The notes beneath the pieces are model-generated. The model was not told the DNA's origin. It saw only the letters and a list, made by a program, of their open reading frames with translations, and ran no database searches. The translations under genes and the position numbers were made by a program. This document shows positions 56,961-64,000 of a DNA stretch of 64,000 nucleotides, one piece after another. This stretch comes from Candidatus Omnitrophota bacterium (lineage in GTDB: Bacteria > Omnitrophota > Gorgyraeia > Duberdicusellales > 4484-171). Position 1 is the first letter of the stretch. Each line of letters opens with the position of its first letter. The DNA is taken from contig JBAWWL010000009.1 in the NCBI GenBank assembly GCA_037146775.1, forward strand, positions 4,575 through 68,574. Direction: 5' to 3'.

Positions 56961-57613
56961 TTCAGCTCCTCCTCTTTTTCAACCGTTTCTTGGACACCTT
57001 CGTCAGCTATACTTTTTTTATCGACTTTCTTGACAGTTTTAGGCAAAATGACGATCTCGACCCTACGATTAAGCCGTCTTCCTTGTACAGTATCATTGGA
57101 AGAAACCGGATGAAACTCTCCATAACCGCTTGCTGAAAGCCTTTGGGAATGGACGCCTTTCGATTCTAAATATCGAAGAACGCTCAATGCTCGATGAGAG
57201 GATAATTCCCAGTTTGATGTCCACTTAGAATGCCTTATCGGCTCGTTATCCGTGTGGCCTTCTATGCCTATATTATTCTCTGGAGCATTCTCTACAAGTA
57301 TCTTTGCTACTTTCGCTAAACTCGATAGACTTTCTGATTTCAGATCAGCTTTACCGGAATCAAAAAGCACTTCGGAAACAAAGGTAATTACCAAACCTTT
57401 ATCTTCCATGCTCAATCTTACCTGTTTATCCTGTATCTCCCGAGCCAATGCTGTTTCTAACACGCCTTTGGTATTACGCAATGCTTCCAGCTCTTTTTCC
57501 AAAGACTGTATCTTCTCGATATCCGAACGCCTACCTGACTGGAAAATAATAGAACAGCCGCTTGCCAACAATAAAGAAAAAACCAGAAAAAATACTGTCC
57601 ATAACCTTTTCAT
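56957..57613 (-). CDS. OmpA/MotB C-terminal domain lipoprotein (peptidoglycan-associated).
   Basis: Lipobox LLASGC. OmpA-like domain NIGIEGHTDNEPI ... LSSHRALSVLRYL ... NRRVEIVI. Confidence 0.85.
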   Translation of the reverse strand: MKRLWTVFFLVFSLLLASGCSIIFQSGRRSDIEKIQSLEKELEALRNTKGVLETALAREIQDKQVRLSMEDKGLVITFVSEVLFDSGKADLKSESLSSLAKVAKILVENAPENNIGIEGHTDNEPIRHSKWTSNWELSSHRALSVLRYLESKGVHSQRLSASGYGEFHPVSSNDTVQGRRLNRRVEIVILPKTVKKVDKKSIADEGVQETVEKEEELK

Positions 57614-57916
57614 GTGACCCTCCTTTTAGATAATTAGATTTAAGGTATCATAATTAAACGGTAAAGTCAAGTGCTTTGATAGTTCGAAAACTAACGGTAA
57701 TTGTTAGCGTTTTCTATATCTGCACCTTACACAATAGGTGACTATCCGCATCAATAATGGCCTATAAAAAGAATGTAAATATGCGGGCGGAATGATTCGT
57801 ATGTAATCTTCGAAACGAGTCGAAGTCTTACCGCAGTCAAATCATTACATCCGAATATTCGCCTTTGCCACTGCCTAACCTTCAAAAGCCTGAAACCTAT
57901 GTATTAGAGAATATAA

Positions 57917-57962
57917 CGGAGAGGGTGAGATTTGAACTCACGGTGGACACAAGGCCCACACC
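57917..57962 (-). ncRNA. tRNA 3'-half-like fragment: class II variable-arm hairpin, then T-arm (GTGAG TTCAAAT CTCAC), then acceptor 3' strand CCTCTCC and discriminator G.
   Basis: Plus strand cggagagggtgagatttgaactcacggtggacacaaggcccacacc. The T-loop matches TTCRANYC. No matching 5' half lies within 100 nt upstream. Confidence 0.55.
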
Positions 57963-57971
57963 GGTTTTTCC

Positions 57972-58043
57972 GCCAAAATTTATCGAGTAAATTTTGGCGC
58001 GACCTCGCCTCATCAAATATTAAAGTGGCGGGCAAGACCGCCA
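57972..58043. other. Two strong hairpins inside the tRNA spacer. One is a perfect 11-12 bp stem (gccaaaatttatcgagtaaattttggc). The other is a GC stem tggcgg-gcaaga-ccgcca followed on the plus strand by a T-rich run, which is terminator-like.
   Basis: Direct inspection of complementarity at 57971-57999 and 58026-58043. The strand of function is ambiguous. Confidence 0.4.
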
Positions 58044-58069
58044 AATTATAAATTATTTTTTAAAAATCA

Positions 58070-58156
58070 CGGAGGCGGAAGGATTCGAACCCTCGATGCC
58101 CTTACGGGCATAACGGTTTTCAAGACCGCCGCATTCAACCACTCTGCCACGCCTCC
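58070..58156 (-). tRNA. tRNA-Ser (anticodon TGA), class II with a long variable arm.
   Basis: Reverse complement: GGAGGCG TG GCAGAGTGGTTGAATGC G GCGGT CTTGAAA ACCGT TATGCCCGTAAGGGCATC GAGGG TTCGAAT CCTTC CGCCTCC G. Acceptor, anticodon and T stems all pair. The CCA is not encoded. Confidence 0.85.
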
Positions 58157-58246
58157 GAATCAACCAAAACCGAAGTTTTGATCTCGTTTTGTTGTTTACT
58201 GCTTTATCCAAAAAATGGTTGGATGTATACTTTAAACCATTTACAC

Positions 58247-58293
58247 CTTCGCTTACAGCGAAGCATACATACAACCACTCAGCCACCTCTCCT
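58247..58293 (-). ncRNA. tRNA 5'-half-like fragment with a Tyr (GTA) anticodon arm. Its acceptor 5' strand GGAGAGG is complementary to the 3' fragment at 57917-57962.
   Basis: Reverse complement: GGAGAGG TG GCTGAGTGGTTGTATGTATG CTTCG CTGTAAG CGAAG. The D-arm is poorly paired. No T-arm follows it. Confidence 0.5.
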
Positions 58294-58492
58294 TAGTGTT
58301 TCTTAGGTTTTTGGAGTCTACCGCAGGTAGCGAATAAAAACATTAGAAACACTTGTCTCGACGCATTCTCGGGAAATTTCGTAGAAATTTACTGAGTATA
58401 TAGATGCGTCGAGGTTATGTCAAAATAGCATCTACCTTAGCATTTCTTAAGTTTTTCGATTCCAATAGAACAAACAAATACCTAATAGCCGC

Positions 58493-58918
58493 TTACCGTT
58501 TCGCCTTAAAAAAATCTTTCAAGAGCTGGCTGCAATCTTTTTCCAAAATACCTTTTTTAACTTTAATTTTATGGTTTAATTTTAGCCTATTAATATCTAT
58601 TTTTGACCCAAAAGCGCCAGTCTTAGGATCAGAGGCAGCAAACACCACCTTCTCTATCCGCGAAAGGATAAGTGCACCCGCACACATTGCACACGGCTCC
58701 ATTGTAGCATATAAGGTACAGTTGTGAAGCCATTTTGACTTCAAGGCAGCGGTGGCTTGTGTAATTGCAAGCATTTCTGCGTGGGCAGTCGGATCTCTCA
58801 ATCGTTCCACCTGATTATGAGCTTGAGCAATAATTTTATTTCGGTAAACAACAACCGCGCCCACCGGAACTTCATCTTCCTCAAAGGCACATTGCGCCTG
58901 AAGCAGAGCTTTTTGCAT
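58493..58918 (-). CDS. tadA: tRNA-specific adenosine deaminase TadA.
   Basis: CDA-fold zinc motifs HAEMLAI and PCAMCAGAL. The start is probably MQKALLQAQCAFEEDEVPVGAVVV (58918). The track ORF extends to 58999. Confidence 0.85.
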   Translation of the reverse strand: MQKALLQAQCAFEEDEVPVGAVVVYRNKIIAQAHNQVERLRDPTAHAEMLAITQATAALKSKWLHNCTLYATMEPCAMCAGALILSRIEKVVFAASDPKTGAFGSKIDINRLKLNHKIKVKKGILEKDCSQLLKDFFKAKR

Positions 58919-59044
58919 ATAAAATGTGTGGCGGAAAGACTTATGCAGATAGTGCAGGGCATTCACGCTATTGTTATGACTTGCTATTTCTGAAGCCATG
59001 CGTATTTTATTTTCGATTATAATTGTATACTCTGGTCAGGCAGG

Positions 59045-60589
59045 TTACATAACCTTTTTGATGACCTTAAAGAATACCTGCGCAACGCCCGGGTCAAAAT
59101 GTTGTCCTGTTTCTTGCCGAATGATACTTAATGCTTTTTGTTTGTTGTACGCTTTGCGGTACGGCCTATCGGAAACAAGAGCTTGATATACATCGGCGAT
59201 AGCGACAATACGGGCACCGAGAGGAATTTCTTCTCCCTTAAGGCCCAACGGATAACCTTTACCGTCAAAGCGTTCATGGTGATACAAAATCGCCGGTATA
59301 GCGCCGCGTAACGAGTGAATTTCTCTCAAAATTTCCGCGGCTGTCCACGGATGCAAATTTATAATCTCGCGCTCTTTGGCCGTGAGCGGCCCTCTCTTGG
59401 AAAGAATGCGTTCATCAATGCCAACCTTACCTAAATCATGAAGCACTGCCGCATGCTTAATGTTCTGGATCTCCGGCTCAGGTAAATGCAACTCTCGAGC
59501 AATTTTCTCAGCGATTAAAGATGTATACTCTACGTGCTTTCCTGTATATGAATCTTTCGCTTCGATCGCACGGGCGAAACCATAAATCATTTCCACGAAA
59601 TCGCGGGTAAGAAGGCTGTTTAGCTTGTCTATTTTGTCTTTAAATATTTCTACACCAACTTTCTGTTTCTGCTTTTCCAAACGTTTCTGCTGAGGCTGCG
59701 AATAAAAAACTATACTGTTCCCACCCTTCTTTTTCGCGGCGACCAAACAAGTATGAAGCGCATTAATAACGTCCTTGACGTTAGCCACATTCTCGCCGGG
59801 AGAAGATACCACGCCTAAGCTTACCTTAATGCTTAGCTTTAAGCCTTTATGGCCAAAACGATGGTTTGTTATCCTTTCTTTCAATCTTTTAACCATAGAA
59901 ACAGCATGTTCCCGGGAAAGATAAGGTAATATCATGAAAAATTGGTCCTCTCTCCAACGGGTAAGAACGTCTTCCTTCCTCAGATTTCTTTTTAAAAGCT
60001 GCGCCAGTTCCTTAATGACATTATCGGCGATAGAGACACCGTACACTTCATTGATTTGGCGAAAATAATCTATATCCACCACGATAAACGAAATAGTATG
60101 CATATGCCTGCGGGCTCTGCTCAACTCCTGGTGAGCTCGATGTAAAAAATAACGCCAGTTATACGAATCAGTGAGAGGATCAGTAAGAACAACAGCTTTT
60201 ATTTTTTTGTTTTTGTAAGAAAGTTCCCGTTCCAAATTATAAATCCTCTCGTGAAGAGTTAATAATGTTTCTGCCCGCCTTAACTTGAAAGCTATATCTT
60301 CTTTACTGTCGGCATCGGTAATACAGTCAAAACAATTATATTTTTTTGCTAACATAACGGCATCGTTACCTAAAGAGGTACGCAGCAGGCACACTTTTGA
60401 ACCAAGCCGGTCAACATCAAGCTTACGTTTTCTCAAAAATCGCTCATCAAAAATAATAAGAGAGAATTGTTCTTTATAGCAGTCGCTTATACTGGAAGTT
60501 TTAGAGAAAGGCCGAGGTAAGTAAATTTTGTTCTTTAGAATACCATCGGCGCAGTAAAGAATATGTTTCATGGTGTACGATTCTATCAT
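59045..60589 (-). CDS. Signalling protein with an N-terminal receiver-like region, a degenerate GGDEF domain (RWREDQF in place of GGDEF) and a C-terminal HD-GYP phosphodiesterase domain.
   Basis: GGDEF-fold context (LTDPLTDSYNWRYF ... VVDIDYFRQINEVYG ... RWREDQFFMIL) and the HD-GYP motifs AAVLHDLGKV ... HHERFDGKGYPLGL. Confidence 0.8.
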   Translation of the reverse strand: MIESYTMKHILYCADGILKNKIYLPRPFSKTSSISDCYKEQFSLIIFDERFLRKRKLDVDRLGSKVCLLRTSLGNDAVMLAKKYNCFDCITDADSKEDIAFKLRRAETLLTLHERIYNLERELSYKNKKIKAVVLTDPLTDSYNWRYFLHRAHQELSRARRHMHTISFIVVDIDYFRQINEVYGVSIADNVIKELAQLLKRNLRKEDVLTRWREDQFFMILPYLSREHAVSMVKRLKERITNHRFGHKGLKLSIKVSLGVVSSPGENVANVKDVINALHTCLVAAKKKGGNSIVFYSQPQQKRLEKQKQKVGVEIFKDKIDKLNSLLTRDFVEMIYGFARAIEAKDSYTGKHVEYTSLIAEKIARELHLPEPEIQNIKHAAVLHDLGKVGIDERILSKRGPLTAKEREIINLHPWTAAEILREIHSLRGAIPAILYHHERFDGKGYPLGLKGEEIPLGARIVAIADVYQALVSDRPYRKAYNKQKALSIIRQETGQHFDPGVAQVFFKVIKKVM

Positions 60590-60654
60590 ACTTATATCTG
60601 CCTTTCAAGCGTTATGCCCGCTCGGTAACGCAAAATTAGCTTTATATACCTGCA

Positions 60655-61992
60655 TTACTGCGCTTTAAGATAAAAGAAACGCAGGATAAACAATATTGAT
60701 AAAAGATATACCAGCCAGCTTACCTGCCGACCCTTGCCGGTAAAGAATTTTAGAGCCGCATAGCTGATGAAACCAAAAGCGAGACCGGTAGCGATACTAA
60801 ACGTTAGCGGCATTACAAGAATAACCAAGAATGCGGGGATAGACTCGCTATAATCGTGCCAATCAATCTTGGTAATGGATTGTAGCATCATACTCCCCAC
60901 CACAAGTAAAGCCGGAGCAGTCACCGGATGTAGCAACGCGCCGCCGGTTACTTGATAACCACCGCCAATCATCTTCACTAGCGGCGTAAAAAATAAGGTT
61001 ACCAAAAACAATATGCCGGTAACAACGCTGGTCAATCCCGAACGCCCGCCAGAGGCAATACCGGCAGCACTTTCAATGTAGCTGGTCACCGTAGGGGTTC
61101 CGCACGCGGCACCCACGCAAGTCCCCACGGCATCCACAAACATTGCCTTACCGGCTTTGGGCAGTTTTCCCTGACGCATAAACCCACCCAACTCTCCCAC
61201 GCCCGCAAGCGTACCGACGGTATCAAATATATCCATAAATAAAAACACAAAAATTATTGCCGCAAGCCCCAGGTTCAGCGCGCCGGCAATGTCCATTTTT
61301 AAAAATGTTGGCGCCATTGAGGGGGGAGCTGAAACAAATCCCTGGTATTTGACAATTCCAAGCGGTATACCAATCATAGCCGTGATGAGAATCCCCCAAA
61401 GTATCGCGCCTCTTCTCTTCTTTATCAGCAAAACACTCGTGATAACTAAACCAACGATAGACAGAACTGCCGCTGGTTTTAATACATCACCCAAGCCTAC
61501 GAGTGTAGCCGGATGGGCCACAATAAAACCGGCATCAATAAGGCCAATAAAAGCGATCAGAAAACCAATACCACAGGCGGTGGCATATTTAAGAGAAGTG
61601 GGTATGGCGTCTATGAGCGCCTGCCTGACTTTAAACAACGTCAGAATAATAAAGATAAGCCCTTCAATAAAAACACAACCTAGCGCTACCTGCCAGGAAA
61701 TACCCATCGTAAGACACACTGCATAGGTAAAAAATGCGTTTTCGCCCATTCCTGCCGCCAAAGCTATTGGGTAATTAACCCATATGCCCATCATGATAGT
61801 CGCGACAGCCGCTGAAATACACGTAGCCACTAAACTTGAGCCAAAATCCATGCCGGTTTGCGAAATCATCGCCGGATTAACAAAAATAATATACGCCATA
61901 GCCATAAAAGTAGTAGTACCGGCTATTATTTCGGTACGGATATTGGTGCTTAGCTCTCTTAGATGAAAAAACTTCTCAATTATTTTATACAT
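60655..61992 (-). CDS. NCS2-family purine permease (AzgA/PbuG-like adenine/guanine/hypoxanthine transporter).
   Basis: 445 aa, about 13 TM segments. N-terminus FHLRELSTNIRTEIIAGTTTFMAMAYIIFVNP is typical of AzgA-type permeases. Confidence 0.8.
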   Translation of the reverse strand: MYKIIEKFFHLRELSTNIRTEIIAGTTTFMAMAYIIFVNPAMISQTGMDFGSSLVATCISAAVATIMMGIWVNYPIALAAGMGENAFFTYAVCLTMGISWQVALGCVFIEGLIFIILTLFKVRQALIDAIPTSLKYATACGIGFLIAFIGLIDAGFIVAHPATLVGLGDVLKPAAVLSIVGLVITSVLLIKKRRGAILWGILITAMIGIPLGIVKYQGFVSAPPSMAPTFLKMDIAGALNLGLAAIIFVFLFMDIFDTVGTLAGVGELGGFMRQGKLPKAGKAMFVDAVGTCVGAACGTPTVTSYIESAAGIASGGRSGLTSVVTGILFLVTLFFTPLVKMIGGGYQVTGGALLHPVTAPALLVVGSMMLQSITKIDWHDYSESIPAFLVILVMPLTFSIATGLAFGFISYAALKFFTGKGRQVSWLVYLLSILFILRFFYLKAQ

Positions 61993-62159
61993 CTGCCACC
62001 CCTAAAATAAATAATCGTACATAGTATATCGCACATAGTACATAGTCGGCGAGTGTATAGTGTTGAGTACATAGTAGTATGTAATGAAATATTGAAAAGT
62101 TAGGCCTAGCAATGCCCCCTATTCAATCTCTGAAGCACACACAAAACAATGTTCATCAA
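61993..62159. promoter_or_regulatory. Spacer upstream of the permease gene carrying four copies of the direct repeat tacatagt.
   Basis: gtacatagtatatcgcacatagtacatagtcggcgagtgtatagtgttgagtacatagtag (62015-62075). Confidence 0.35.
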
Positions 62160-62528
62160 TCATGTTCCAAGGAACTCTGCTATTTTGGCTAGAAGCTTTT
62201 CTGGATCAAAAGGCTTGTTAAGATAGGCGTTCGCGCCGACTTCCTGGCTTAGTTTCTTGTCAGATTCCTGCGCGCGGGCGGTGAGTATAATAATAGGGAT
62301 TTTTTTATATTTTTCATCAAACTTTAAGAAACGACATACCTTATATCCGTCAAGTTTGGGAAGCATAAGATCCAAAATAATTAAATCCGGCGCTTCTTTG
62401 CGCGCCTTGTCAAGGGCCTGCTGGCCGTCAATAGCCTCGAAAACAGCATACCCTGCGGCCTCAACCGTCTGCTTGATAATTTCAAGAATCGTCGCGCTAT
62501 CTTCCGCAATAAGAATTCGCTTTTGCAT
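62160..62528 (-). CDS. cheY: Single-domain response regulator (CheY-like receiver).
   Basis: 122 aa. Receiver motifs ILIAEDS, DLIILDLMLP, ILTA and the K of NAYLNKP. Confidence 0.8.
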   Translation of the reverse strand: MQKRILIAEDSATILEIIKQTVEAAGYAVFEAIDGQQALDKARKEAPDLIILDLMLPKLDGYKVCRFLKFDEKYKKIPIIILTARAQESDKKLSQEVGANAYLNKPFDPEKLLAKIAEFLGT

Positions 62529-62529
62529 A

Positions 62530-63540
62530 CTACACCAACCTTTCTAATTCTGCCGCAATTTCATGCAGAGGAAGTACCTTATCGATAAAACCCGCATCAA
62601 TAACCATCTTGTTCATACCAAAAACAACCGAGGTCGCCTCATCTTGAGCTATGGTTGTGCCTCCTGCCGCTTTTATCTGCTTAATCCCTTCAAACCCGTC
62701 TTTACCCATGCCAGTCATAAGCACTCCTATCGAATCTTTTCCATATGCTTGAGCTACGGATTGCATCATAAGATCAATGGAAGGAACATGCAATAAATGT
62801 TTTGTAACGTCTTCTCTTAAAACTATTTCTCCGCTTTCATTGACGGTCATATTATAATTATCCGGAGCAAACAAAACGCTGCCAGGCTTGATAGTATCCC
62901 CTGCCTTGGCCACTTGCATCTGTAGCGGTGAGTTTCCTTTCAACCACTCGGCAAGGCCATTTATAAAACCAACCGAAATATGCTGCACCACAAGAATCCC
63001 CGCTGGAAAATGCGCTGGTAACCTGGCAAATAATTCATTCAACGCCTGTGGCCCGCCGGTAGAAATACCTAAGGCCACCACCTTGGCCTCCTTACCGGTC
63101 TTCCTCGAGACGATAGCCCCGGAGGGACTCGGCCTCATCTTCATCCTGCGTAACGGCTTTACCCGGGAAGCAATCTTTACTTTTTCGATTAAATCTTTAG
63201 CGATCGCGTCAATATCCTGCGCTACTGCCACAAAATCCATAGCGCCGATACCAAGGGCCTTAACAATCACGCTGACGTCCATCGTACTCACTACAATAAT
63301 AGATATGGGGCTTTCTTCCATGATCGCCTCAATAGTTTCCAGACCAGACATAATCGGCATTCTTAAATCCATCGTAATCACATCCGGCTTTAATGCTAAA
63401 GCCTTTTCTACGCCTTCCCGGCCGTCTCGAGCCATACCCACCACCTCTAAGCCGGGGTCTGAGCTTAAGATAGCCCGAAGCGCCTCGCGCATGAGGACAC
63501 TGTCGTCAACGATTAAAACGCGAACTTTTTTCTCTACCAT
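62530..63540 (-). CDS. cheB: Chemotaxis response regulator protein-glutamate methylesterase CheB.
   Basis: N-terminal receiver (VLIVDDS ... DVITMDLRMP) plus the methylesterase domain (GISTGGPQAL, His in VVQHISV, GMGKDG). Confidence 0.88.
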   Translation of the reverse strand: MVEKKVRVLIVDDSVLMREALRAILSSDPGLEVVGMARDGREGVEKALALKPDVITMDLRMPIMSGLETIEAIMEESPISIIVVSTMDVSVIVKALGIGAMDFVAVAQDIDAIAKDLIEKVKIASRVKPLRRMKMRPSPSGAIVSRKTGKEAKVVALGISTGGPQALNELFARLPAHFPAGILVVQHISVGFINGLAEWLKGNSPLQMQVAKAGDTIKPGSVLFAPDNYNMTVNESGEIVLREDVTKHLLHVPSIDLMMQSVAQAYGKDSIGVLMTGMGKDGFEGIKQIKAAGGTTIAQDEATSVVFGMNKMVIDAGFIDKVLPLHEIAAELERLV

Positions 63541-63548
63541 AGCAATAT

Positions 63549-64000
63549 TTAACCAACCAGCCTTTCAATTGTTTCAAGTAAACCATCGGAAGTAAACTCA
63601 CTTTTTAGGATATACGCGTCCGCCCCCGCTTCCAAACCGCGGCGCTTATCCGCGTCATTTTCGCGGGTAGTGACAATAACGATCGGTACCTTCTTATATA
63701 TATTGTCTTTTCGCAGCGCCGTAACTAGCTCAAAACCGTCGAGGCGCGGCATGAGGACATCGGTAATAACCAAATCAAATGTCTCCTGTTTTATTTTTTC
63801 TAGCGCCTCCTGCCCGTCGCGTGCTATTACTACCGAATAACCCACTGATTCCAGAATATTTTTTTCAAGCATCGCAGTGCTTAGAACGTCCTCAGCTAAA
63901 AGAATAGTCTTTTTCTTCTTTGCCGCAGAAACCCGAGGTTTTATTGCTTCACGCCGGACGACAAACCCCTCTGCCTCTTCGATGATGGAAGGTATATCAA
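63549..64000 (-). CDS. Receiver-domain protein, partial. The ORF continues past the window end. It is likely the C-terminal receiver of a CheA/CheV-type chemotaxis protein.
   Basis: Receiver motifs KKTILLAEDV ... DLVITDVLMPRLDG ... IVTTREN. The frame stays open upstream of the track's Met (reverse complement of 63873-64000 reads ...EAEGFVVRREAIKPRVSAAKKKKTILLAEDVLSTAMLEK). Confidence 0.7.
   Translation of the reverse strand, partial: DIPSIIEEAEGFVVRREAIKPRVSAAKKKKTILLAEDVLSTAMLEKNILESVGYSVVIARDGQEALEKIKQETFDLVITDVLMPRLDGFELVTALRKDNIYKKVPIVIVTTRENDADKRRGLEAGADAYILKSEFTSDGLLETIERLVG

Noticed and set aside
57917-58062. tmRNA, SRP RNA or another known structured RNA explaining the T-arm-like element and hairpins.
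   Set aside because: There is no tmRNA 5' GGGG pairing partner or tag-reading frame, and no SRP domain IV motifs. The element is better explained as the 3' half of a tRNA.
58053-58286. 77-aa minus-strand ORF spanning the tRNA region.
   Set aside because: It overlaps an intact tRNA-Ser and tRNA-like fragments. There is no coding signal.
58404-58727. 107-aa plus-strand ORF.
   Set aside because: It is antisense to tadA, whose CDA zinc motifs are unambiguous.
61993-62159. Purine riboswitch upstream of the AzgA/PbuG-like permease.
   Set aside because: The conserved purine-riboswitch core (P2/P3 loops, UUUCUACC junction) is not present on the minus strand. Only octamer direct repeats are seen.

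Overview
This is a low-GC bacterial chromosomal window. Two thirds of it (1..42052) is occupied by two tandem, same-strand (minus), translationally coupled giant genes. The rest is a conserved minus-strand housekeeping block.

Giant gene 1 (23456..42052) is a complete 6198-aa ORF. It has an N-terminal signal-anchor helix and a string of catalytic motifs: HEVGH zincin, an HD motif, a caspase/CHAT-like His...Cys dyad, a second HEIIH motif, a GT4-type glycosyltransferase, a PIMT-like class I methyltransferase and a JAB/MPN-like HSH..S..D motif.

Giant gene 2 starts at 23456 and runs off the window at position 1. Its start ATG overlaps the stop of gene 1 (TAATG), and more than 7800 codons lie in the window. 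The ORF track shows no complete minus-strand ORF in this span, so it is not reported there. My hand translation keeps one frame from 23456 to 1. It begins with a near-identical copy (about 1.18 kb) of the 5' end of gene 1. After that come eight copies of a novel module of about 130 aa (DWPIIL ... YLSRYTLSWEEFKTFMD ... HQHPEKY ... RPxGKASSA), arrays of 42-aa HEAT-like repeats, at least three AAA+ P-loop domains, an HELGH motif, a vWA domain with a DASGS MIDAS motif, and a TPR-like tail. The overall layout resembles midasin or dynein.

The housekeeping block is ruvB-scpA-trpS-infB-nusA-rimP-proS, a lone CpaF/VirB11-like ATPase, ispG-rseP-dxr-cdsA-uppS, a membrane coiled-coil protein and an OmpA-like lipoprotein. 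Next comes an RNA-rich spacer with an intact tRNA-Ser(TGA) lying between two halves of what looks like an interrupted tRNA-Tyr. After that are tadA, a degenerate-GGDEF/HD-GYP protein, an AzgA-type purine permease, and a cheY/cheB/receiver chemotaxis fragment.

All plus-strand ORFs in the track over 1..42052 are antisense artefacts. I saw no CRISPR array, integrase or transposase.
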